Under the pieces are notes generated by a model, which saw nothing but the letters and a program-made list of their open reading frames with translations, had not been told where the DNA came from and did no database searches. Position numbers and translations under genes: made by a program. 64,000 bases of DNA from Pristiophorus japonicus (taxonomy: Eukaryota), in NCBI RefSeq assembly GCF_044704955.1, contig NC_091999.1:10478001-10542000 (forward strand), in the 5' to 3' direction. Numbering within the stretch: the first letter of the stretch is position 1; each line of letters begins with the position of its first letter. Of this stretch, positions 12,000-22,324 are shown piece by piece.

Positions 12000-14900
12000 T
12001 GGGAGCTACGTAGATAGCACGTTTCAGGAGGTGGTCATCTCGCACATTAAAGGGGTGCAGGTAGTGGGGAAGAGGATGAACAGCAGATGTACTAAGTGTG
12101 CTAGGCAGGTAGCGGACGAATTCCCCCCATGAGTCCATCTCGCTTTCAAACCGATATTCACTTCTGAGTATCGGTAAGGACGATGGTGCCTGTGGGGAGT
12201 ACAGCCAGAGATAATTCCAAGGCACCACGGGTGGCTCAGCTGCACATGGGGGAGGGACGAAGAACAAAGGAACCGAGTGCCAGGGGTTTCTATAGTTACG
12301 GGAACAGAGAGGTGTTTCTGCGGCCGCAGACGTGAATTCAGAATGGTTTTCTACCTCCCTGGTGCCAGGGTCAAGATATCACAGAGCAGAGAAAGGGCAT
12401 CCTGTGACGGGGTGGCGGGGGGGGAGGTGGGTGTTGGATGGTAAACAGCTAGAGTCGTGGTCGATATCAGGGCCAACGACATTGGAAAAATGAGGGATGA
12501 GGACCTACAGGAAGTATTCAGGGAGTTTGGAAGAAAATTAAATGGTAGGACCTCAAAGGTAGTAATCTCCGGGTTACTACCACTGACACGTGCTAATGAG
12601 TATATGAATTGCAGGTTAGAGAGGATGAACACATGGCTGGAAGGTTGGTGTAGGAGGGAGACCTTTTCATTCTTGATGCATTGGGACCGCTTCTGGGGGA
12701 GATAGGACTTGTACAAACTGAACGGTTTGCACCTCAACAGCGCCGGGACGAATATCCTCACGGGGAGTTTTGCTGGTGCTGTTGGGGTGAGTTTAAACTA
12801 GCTTGGCATGGGGATGGGAACCTGTGAACGAATTCAAAAGCGAAGTAGGCAAAGCAGAAATTGGATAGCAAAAAACTAGAAATCGCTTCTGTAAGACAGT
12901 AGAAGCAGTGCTTAGTAGATAGGGAGGAAGGAGATCTTCTGTGCTGAATGGTATATACTTTAATGCAAGAAATATAGCTGTTATGTATTAATGCTTGAGG
13001 GTCACCACACACCACAGGGCACTGCGGTCAGAGGATATCGGTCTGTACGCATGTAGCATGTGTGCTTGGTCACCTGTAGATCAGCTGGGTGTCTTTCTCA
13101 CGCTGCCACTCTTGGGCTGGAATAAATATGGATCAGGTTGCACCTGAGTGGGCTTTCAGCAACCAGACCCTTGAGTCATTACAATAGCGAATAAGGTGGA
13201 TGAGCTAACAGCACAGGTCGACACTTGGGAGTTTGACATTACAGGCATTATAGAAACATGGCTTAAAGAGGGGCAGGTTTGGCCGATCAATATTCCTGGC
13301 TACAGCATTTTTAGACAAGATAGAGACGGAGGTAAAAAGGGGAGGGGGAGGTGGTTGCGGTACTAATTAAAGAAACTACTACAGTGGTGAAGCGGGATGA
13401 TACATTAGAGCGATGATCAAATGAGGCCATATGGGTCGAATTGAAAACTAAAAATGGACGATCGCACTGCTGGCCATTTATTATAAACCCCCAAACAGTG
13501 GGAGGGAGACAGAAGAGCAAATATGTAGACAAATTGCTATGAAGTCCAAAAACCATAGGGTAGTAATAGTCGGGGATTTTTACAATCCAAATATTGATTG
13601 GGATAAATTTAGAGTGAAGGGTATAGAGGGTGTGGAATTCTCGAGATGCATTGAGGAGAATTTTTTTTAGTCAGTATGTAGCAAGCCCAACACGAGAGGG
13701 TGCGGTCTTGAATTTAGTTTTGGGGAATTAAGTTGGGCAGGTTGAAGGGGTATTAGTGGAAGAGCACTTAGGTCCCTGTGATCATAATTCAGAGAGATTC
13801 AAGTTGGTTATGGATAAGGACAAGAGTCGGCCTGGAATAAAAGTTCCGAATTGGAGTAAAGCTAATTTGTTAAGTTAAAGCGTGATTTGGCCATGGTGGA
13901 CTGGAAACAGCTACTCGTGGATAAATCAGTGTCGAACCAATGGGAGGCATTGAAGGAGGAGATCAGGAACGCTCAGTCCAAATATATGCCCTTCAAAAAA
14001 AAGGCTGGGCGATATAATTCTAGAGCCCCCTGGATGTCTAGGGACTTACAGGGTAGGATTAAGAAAAAAAGGATGTGTATGTGATGTACTAACGGCTAAA
14101 TACTGTAAAATCTTTTGAGGAATATACAACGTTAAGAAGAAAAAATAAAATGGATATTAGGAATGCTAAGAGAGAGCAGGAGGAATTATTGACCAGTAAA
14201 ATTAAGGAAAACGTTATATAAATATATTAAGACTAAGAGGATAACTCAGCAAAGGGTAGGGCCTAGTAGAGCTCATGAGGGTAATCTTTGTGTCGAGGCG
14301 GAAGATGTTCGTCAGGTTCTTAACGAATACGTTGCATCTGTTTTTACAAAGGAAAGGGGCAATGCAGACACTGCTATCAAGGAGGAGTGTGATATTCTTG
14401 AAGAAATCAATTTAGTGAGAGAGGAAGTATTAAGTGGTTTAGCAGCTTTGAAAGTAGATAAGTCCCCAGGCCCGAATGAAATGCATCCCAGGTTGTTGAG
14501 CAAAGTAAAAGAGGAAATAACAGAGGCCTTCACCATCTTTTTCCACTCCTCTTTGGATCTGGGCATGGTGCTGTAGGATTGGAGGACTGCTAACGAAGTA
14601 ACCCTTGTTTAAGAATGAAGAAAGGGATAGGTCGAGTAATTACAGGCCTGTCAGCCTAACCTCAGTGGTGGGGAAATTATTGTCAAAAACCTGAAAGACA
14701 AGATGAATCTTCATTTGGAAAGGGAAGGATTAATTACGGGTAGTCTGCACGGATTTGTTAAGAGAAGACCGTGTTTGACTAAGCTGAGTGAATTTTTTGA
14801 GCAGGTTACCAAGTGGGTCGATGAGGGTAGTGTGCACGCTATAGTGTATATGGACTTTAGCAAGGCCTTTGATAAGATCCCATATGGTAGACTGATCATG

Positions 14901-16345
14901 AAGGTTAACGCCATGGGATACAGGGCAAAGTGGCAAGTTGGATACAAAACTGGCTTGGAGGTAGGAATCAAAGGGTAATGGTTGATGGATGTTTTTTGAC
15001 TGGAAGGTTATTTCCAGTGGGGTTCTGCAGGGCTCAGTACTGGTCCCTTGCTTTTGTGGTGCATATCAACGATTTAGATTTGAATATTGGGAGTATGATT
15101 AAGAAGTTTGCAGACAACACTAACAGTGGCTGTGTCGTTGATAATGAAGAGGAAAGTCATGGGCTACAGGAGGATATCAATGTACTGGTCAGGTAGGCAG
15201 AGCAGTGGCAAATCGAATTTAATTCAGAGAATTTGCGAGGCTTAATAAGGAAAGGGTATACATGAGGCAATAGGACACTTATTCTTGTAGATGAACAACG
15301 GGAACTTGGAGGGTTGTCCACAGATCCCTGAATGTAGAAGGCCAGGTGGATCAGGTCGTTAAGAAGGCATACGGAATGCTTGCATTTATTGGCCGAGAAA
15401 TAGAATTAAAGAGCAGGGTGGTTATGCTTACATTGTTTTATACTCTGGTTGGGCCAAAGCTGGAGTACTCCGTGAAGTTCTGTTTGCTGTAATTTAGGAA
15501 GGACGCATTGCACCAGAGAGGGCGAAGAGGATATTTACTAGGATGCTGTGCCTGGAATCGAGAATCTTAGATATGAGGACAGATTAGATAGGCTGGGCTT
15601 GTTCTCATTTGAACAGAGGAGGTTGAGAGGAAACATCATTGAGGTGTACGAACTTTTTAAGGGCCTGGAAATAGTGGATAGTATGGGCCTATTTCCATTG
15701 GTGGAGGGTTCTTGAATGAGGGGGCACAGCTTTAAGGTAGTTGGTGGAAGATTTAGAGGGGATTTGAGGGGTTAGGCTTCGTTACGCAGAGGGTTGTGGG
15801 GATCGTGAACTCGTTGCCTGGAAGAGTGGTGGATGCAGAACCCCCACCACTTTTCAGAGACGATTGGATGGGCACTTAAAGTTCAGTAACCTGCAGCGTT
15901 ACGGACCTAGAGCTGGTAATTGAGATTAGACTGGATGACCTTTTGTTTGACGGTGCAGATATAATGGTAAGTACTGCAGCGAAAAAAATATCATCAGCTT
16001 GATCTCCTGGACTAGTTCCGATCGCCTGAATGGGCCCGAGAGGAATTTTACCCAGATTTTTTCACGCAAAATTGTCCTGGGTTTTATCTGGTGTTTGCCT
16101 CCCCCAGGTGATCACATGGCTCTGGTTGGGGTAGAATGCAGATTGTTTCAACATGAGGTGTGTGGTAGTTGTGCGAGGCGGACTGGTTTGCCTGGGTGCT
16201 CTTTGCATTTCCGCCATTGATCATACGTTTATAAGTAACCTCTGGGCCTGCTGACCAAGGGCCATGCAGCTCTTTGTCGGCCAACGCAGTCACGATGCGC
16301 AGAAATTGCCTTTTTGTGAGCTGTAAATTTCTATGTTCCTTTGTT
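12000..16345 (+). mobile_element. Decayed near-full-length CR1 (ORF1 SGNH-esterase part, ORF2, 3' UTR) inside the NAR-TCR J-to-V-delta intron
   Basis: ORF1 IRANDIGK..SKVVISGLLP..WDRFWGR. ORF2 YRPVSLTSVVGK, DFSKAFDKIP, KFADNT. Many stops; short foreign insert at about 12990-13180. Confidence 0.9.
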
Positions 16346-17532
16346 TCGACATGGATAAGTTGGAGCAGATAGCGTTGATGCAATTAAGCGGATCTTGGAA
16401 AACACATTATAAGAAAGGAATGGATGAACACGGGGTTCAGATTGGGAAGAGGTAATTAGAGTGGGAGGAGCCTCGTATGGAGTATAAACACCAACATAGA
16501 TTCGTTGCGTCGAATGGCCTGTTCCGTTTGTGCAGATTATGTTCAATGTAAAACTCAGTGAAAACTCCGCCTGCATCAAATAGGAGAGAATCATCCAATG
16601 GTCTGAAGGAATTGCAATTGTCAGAGAGTTTGAAGAGCCAGTTCCCGCCGAGTAACAGTAAAACCACTGCGGAAGCTGCACAGACTGAAACCAACCGACA
16701 ACTGATAGACTTTGAGACAAGTTCTCAGGCTGGCAAGAAAACCACAAATAACACAAAGTGAGCGACCCAGATGCAGATATAAAATGAAACTAACTGTAAA
16801 TAATTCAACTTAAATTTAAATGGCGTAATAGTTGCCCCATTGACGGAAGAAAAGTCAAACATAGTTCAAGGCAGGCAGGAGCTCCTGTTAAGAGTAAGGC
16901 TAGATTAAATACTTTGTCTTCGACCCACAACATTTAAGTTTGGCTCAATCGGTGCTGATGAACCACCATGCTTTTTTTTGGATCTTGCTGTGCTCATTGA
17001 CATGATACAGCCGTGTTCCTCTGGGTCAATCATCATTGTAAGATGATTGTCTCAGTGTGGAGGAGAAGGAGAATTACAATGTTACCTCAGGTTTATCTTG
17101 CACCAAGAAAAATCGAAAGATAAATTTAATAGCATTTATATCATCATACAGCACAGAAGGAGGTCATTCGACCCAGTGTGTATATGCCGGTTCGTGAAGG
17201 TGCTATAACTTGGTCCCTGCCCTTTGCTCTTTCCTCATACCCCTTCAAATGTTTTCTTTTCCAGTATTGATCCAATTATACTTTGAAAGCTACAGTTGAA
17301 TATGGTTTCAGCACCTTTTCAGGCAGTGCATTCCTGTTCATAACAACTCGTCGTTTAAAAAACGTTCTCAACTCCCTCTCTTATTCTTTCGACATTGACA
17401 GCGAATACATTTGCAACAGGCTTTAAATGAAAATAGCATTAACGTGAGAGGCAGAACTTTTCCTGTGATTGACCACTTTCCCTGGGTAAAAAGCAGCCAA
17501 ATAAATAACATTCTTCCATTTTTATCCTACAG

Positions 17533-17838
17533 CTTCCATTTCCACAGTGTCCCAGATTCCGCCTCTACAAACTTCTACTCTCGGTGACACCATTACTTTA
17601 AGCTGTGAATATCCAGGTGCCTGTCAGCACACAGTACACTGGTACTGTCAGTCCCCAGGGCAGGGTCCGAAATACCTGCTTCAGAGACACACTTCAGGAG
17701 AGCGAAATAAAGAAAACGCTGCCAGTGGCCGAATTTCTGCTTCGGTCGATCCTGTAGAGAAAATCAGTCGGTTAAACATCGCAAAACTTCAACTAAGTGA
17801 CAGCTCTGTGTATTATTGTGCACTGAGTCGGCGCACAG
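17533..17838 (+). CDS. STCRV: Leaderless supporting TCR-delta V of NAR-TCR, open frame
   Basis: The phase-1 acceptor matches the J donor at 10869. ASISTVSQIPPLQTSTLGDTITLSCEYPGACQHTVHWYCQSPGQGPKYLLQ..LSDSSVYYCALSRRT has a non-canonical CDR1 Cys. No leader exon recognisable upstream. Confidence 0.92.
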
Positions 17839-17877
17839 CACAGTGATACACAGTCCGGAGAGAGCCGTACAAAAACC
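17839..17877 (+). other. Perfect 23-RSS of supporting V-delta
   Basis: CACAGTG-23 bp-ACAAAAACC. Confidence 0.97.
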
Positions 17878-18023
17878 TGATCATGTTCGGGATTACAGAT
17901 ACGCAGTCATACAGAACATGGAAAGAGCAGTATTAAAGCTGAATATGGTGGGTATTACATATACATAGTGACACAAAGCACGGATAGAATTCGCAAGCAA
18001 GAACATAGTGTGGATTACAGACA

Positions 18024-18062
18024 CACAGTGATTCAGAGCAGGGAGAGAGCCGTACAAAAACC
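18024..18062 (+). other. Second perfect 23-RSS with no adjacent coding segment
   Basis: CACAGTG-attcagagcagggagagagccgt(23)-ACAAAAACC. Confidence 0.95.
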
Positions 18063-18301
18063 TGATCATGGTGGGGAATATAGATACACAATCATACACA
18101 GCATGGAGAGAGTCATACTAATATCTGAATATTGTGGGGATTACAGGCACACTATGGCACAGAGCACGATGAAGTACAAAAATCTGGACATGGTCGGGAT
18201 TACAGACACAGAGTGCTGCAGAGCAGAGGGAGATCCGCATTAAAACCTGTTCATGGTGGGTATTACAGTTACGCACTGAATCAGTAAATAGAGGGAAGAT
18301 G

Positions 18302-18610
18302 AGAACATAATAAGTAGGAGCAGGAGTAGGAAATACGACCCCTCGAGCCTTCTCAGACATTTAATACAATCATGGCTGATCCGATCATGGACTCAGGTCC
18401 ACTTCCCTGCCCGGTCCCCACAATCCCTTATTCCCTTATCTGTTAAGAGCAAGGAGTCGGAGGGAGGGAGGGGGAGTGCAATGAGAGGGAGAGAGCAGCG
18501 GAAAGAAAGTGGAGCGGGAGAACACGGGGAGGGGGAGAGCAAAGGGAGGCGGATAGCTGGAGCGGGGACGTGGAGAGCCAGGGGAGGTGAAGAGCAGGGG
18601 GAATGGACAG
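18302..18610 (-). mobile_element. CR1 3'-end fragment plus GA-rich tract inserted in the RSS array
   Basis: gaacataa..taggagcaggagtagg..atcatggctgatc..cccttattccctta matches other CR1 3' ends. Confidence 0.75.
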
Positions 18611-18907
18611 CAGGGAGAGTCGGTACAAAAACCGGAAAATGTTGTGATGACAGACACACATTGATAAAGGGCACCGAGCGAGTTCAAAAACCTACACATA
18701 GTGGGGATTACAGACACACAGTGATACAGTGCACCGAGAGAGTTCACAAAGCTGGACGTGGTGGAGATCACAGGCATAGCGATGCAGAGCACGGAGGTAG
18801 CTGTTGAAAAACCTAATCATGGTGGAAAGAGCGATGAGTTCCTGCATATTTTAGGGATCTCGGAACGAGATTAAGAAATATCACCTCAAAGGTAATTAAC
18901 TCCGGAT

Positions 18908-21900
18908 TTCCCTTTCACAAATCCATGCTAAATTGGACCTATCATGTCACCTCTTTCCAAATGCGCTGCTATGACATCCTTAATTAATGATTTGATCATT
19001 TTACCCACTACCGATGTCAGGCTGACCAGGCTATAATTCCCTGTTTTCTCTCTCCCTCCTTTTTTAAAACGTGGGGTTACATTGGCGACCCTCCACTCCA
19101 TAGGAACTGATCCAGAGTCTATGGAATGTTGGAAAATGACTGTCAATGCATTCGCTATTTCCAAGGCCATCTCCTTAAGTACTCTGGGAAGCTGACCATC
19201 AGGCCCTGGGGATTTATGGGCCTTCAATCCCATCAATTTCCCCAACACAATTTCCTGACGAATAAGGATTTCCCTCAGTTCCTCCTACTTACTAGACGCT
19301 CTGACCCCTTTTATATCCGGAAGGTTGTTTGTGTTCTCCTTAGTGAATACCGAACCATAGTACTTGTTCAATTGGTCTGCCATTTCTTTTTTCCCCGTTA
19401 TGACTTCCCCTGATTCTGACTGCAGGGGCCTACGTTTGTCTTTACTAACCTGTTTCTCTTTACATATCTGTAGAAGCTTTTGCAGTCCGTCTTAATGTTC
19501 CCTGCAAGCTTCCTCTCATAAGCTATTTGCCCTGCCCTAATCAAACCCTTTGTCCTCATCTGATGAGATCTAAATTTCTCGCAGTTCCCGGTTTCGCTGA
19601 TATTTCTGGCCAATTTGTATGCCACTTCCTTGGCTTTAATACTATCCCTGATTTCCCTTGATAGCCACGGTTGAGCCACCTTCCCTTTTTTTATTTTTAC
19701 GACAGAGAGGGGTGTACAATTGTTGTAGTTCATCCATGCGGTCTCTAAATGTCTGCCATTGCTCATTCACTGTCAACTCCTTAAGTATCATTCGCCAATC
19801 TATCCTAGCCAATTCACGCCTCATAACTTCAAAGTTACCCTCCTTTAAGTTCTGGGCCATGGTCTCTGAATTAACTGTTTCATTCTCCTTCCTAATGTAG
19901 AATTCCACCATATTATGGTCACTCTTCCCCAAGGAGCCTTGCACAACGACGTTGCTAATTTATCCTCTCTCATTTCACAACATCCAGTCTAAGATGGCCT
20001 CCTGCCTTGTTGGTTCCTAGACATATTGGTCCAGAAAACCATCCCTTATGGATTCCAGGAAATCCTCCTCCACCGTATTGCTTCATGTTTGGTTAGTCAA
20101 TCTGTATGCATATTAAAGTCACCCATGATAACTGCTGCAACTTTATTGCATGCACCCCTAATTTCCTGTTTGATGCCCTCCCCAACATGACCACTACTAT
20201 TTGGAGGTCTGTACACAACTCCCACTAACGTTTTTTGCCCTTTGGTGTTCCGCAGCTCTACCCATATAGATTCCACATCATCCAAGCTAATGTCCTTCCC
20301 AACTATTGCATTAATCTCCTATTTAACCAGCAATGCTACCCCACCTCCTTTTCCTTTTATTCTATCCTTCCTGAATGTTGAATACCCTTGGCTGTTGAGT
20401 TCCCAGCCCTGATCATCCTGGAGCCATGTCTCTGTCATGCCAATCACATCATAACTGTTACCAACTGTTTGCACAGTTAATTCATCCACCTTATTACGGA
20501 TACTCCTTGCATTAAGACACAAAGCCTTCAGGCTAGATTTTTTAACACCTTTTGTCCTTCTGAATTATGATGTAGTGTGGCCCTTTTTGTTTCTTGCCTT
20601 TGGTTACTCGGCCATCCACTATTGCTTTTTAACTTTCTACCATCTGATTCGGGCTCCATATTATTTTGCCCTGTCTCGCTGCATAGGTTCCCATCTCCCT
20701 GCCATATTAGTTTAAACACTCCCGAACTGCATCAGCAAATGTTACCCCCAGGACATCAGTTCCAGTCCTGCCCAAGTGCAGACCATTACTTTTGTACAGG
20801 TCCCAGTTCCCCCAGAACTGTTTCCAATATCCCAGGAATTTGAATCCTTCCCTCTTGCACCACAGCTCAAGCCACGTATTTATTCTAACTATCCTGCTCC
20901 CTCTACTCTGATTAGCACGTGGCACTGATAGCAATCCAGAAATTACTAATTTTGATATTCTACTTTTTAATTTAACTCAGAGCTCCCTAAATTCAGCTTG
21001 TAGGACCTCTTCCCGCTTCTTACCTATAACGTTGGTACCAACATGTACCACGACAACTGGCTGTTCACCCTCCTCTCCAGAATTATTTGCAGCCGCTCTG
21101 AGACATCCTTGACCCTTGCACCAGGGAGGCAACATAAAATCCTGGAGTCCTGGTTGCGGCTGCAAAAATTCCTCCTATTCCCCTTACAATAGTGTCCCCT
21201 ATTACTTTACCTCTCCCACTCTTTTTCCCGCAGTTCTGTGCAGCAGAGCCACCCATGGTGCCATCAACCTGGCTGTTGGTGCCTTCCCCTGTTAAGTCAT
21301 CTCCCCCAAATTATCCAAAACGGTATATCTGTTTTGGAGGGAGATGACTGCAGGGGACTCCTGCACTATCTTCCTGCTCTTGCCTTGTCTCTTGGTCACC
21401 CATTCACTATCTGTCCTCACCCTTACATGCGGTGTGACCAACTCACTAAATGTGTTATCCACAACATTCTCAGCATTGCGCATGCTCCAGAGTGAGTCCA
21501 TCCGCAGCTCCAATGCCGTCATGCAGTCTGTCAGGAGCAGCAGCTGGACACACTTCCCGCACCCATAGTAGTCAGGGACACTGGAAGTGTACCTGCCTTC
21601 TCACATGGCACAGGAGGTGCATGACATGGGTCCGAGCTCTCCTGCCATGACTTAACCCTTACATTAATTTACTTACTAAAATGTATTTAAACACCAAACA
21701 GCTACTGAGTAGTTCACAGCCAAGTAAATCAATCTAAAAGTCAGTCTAAAAGAGAGTTATACTTACCAGTCGTACAGTCAACCACTTACCAGCTTGGCTG
21801 TGACGTCACCTCTAGATTTCACAGCCTTCTATTTTTGTCTGCAGCTGGTTGGGCTGGTCTCTGGGCCTCCGTCTCCTACTCTTGCACTCCTTATCAGCTG

Positions 21901-22324
21901 CTCTAGTGTCAGCACTGGTAGGAAAACCAAGACAAAACAGCACCGACCACCCCCAGTAGCCCGAAATCACCCACTTACAAAACTCACGAATGCCACTCTT
22001 TGCTGCTGCACTCCGTGCTCTGCACGAGCTGCCTCTTTTTAAACTGTATCTATGTCAGATGACTCGCTACTGGTCAGTTGTTTACAGAACTGGTTTTAAC
22101 TAGCTGCTAATTGCCTCCTACTGGAGAGTTACCTTGTTTCACTATGCCTAAACCTGAAATATTCCCAACTATTTAACTTTTCCCCTATAAACTAAACAGC
22201 TACTTACTTAGAAGCTGCTGGCAATTGCCACTAACAATTTACTCCAGCCTCCAAATGGTTTAATGAGAATAACCCTTAAAACTCACCCACTTACCAAACT
22301 CACGAATGCCACTCTTTGCTGCTG
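18908..22324 (-). mobile_element. CR1 5' half (5' UTR, ORF1, ORF2 up to RT start)
   Basis: ORF1 ELRMDSLWSMR, HVGTNVIGK, NGLHLGRTG. ORF2 CLNARSIRNK, VYRPPNS, KSPGPDG, YSLVSLTS. 38-bp direct repeat at about 21971 and 22287 in the UTR. Confidence 0.9.

Larger units (their letters stand above)
17839..18825 (+). repeat. Tandem array of RSS-derived 58-63 bp units, interrupted at about 18300-18610
   Basis: Heptamer-like starts at 17839, 17902, 17964, 18024, 18087, 18150, 18209, 18272, then 18657, 18717, 18775, plus an orphan nonamer at 18625. Each unit is heptamer-spacer-nonamer followed by (t)gatcatggtggggattacagaca. Confidence 0.93.

Noticed and set aside
17543-17549. CACAGTG at the start of the supporting V exon as a cryptic RSS
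   Set aside because: No nonamer at 12 or 23 bp.
17839-18825. CRISPR-like repeat-spacer array, or a cluster of D segments
   Set aside because: Eukaryotic locus; whole units, including the linker, are homologous. Linkers have no 5'-facing RSS, so they are not D segments.
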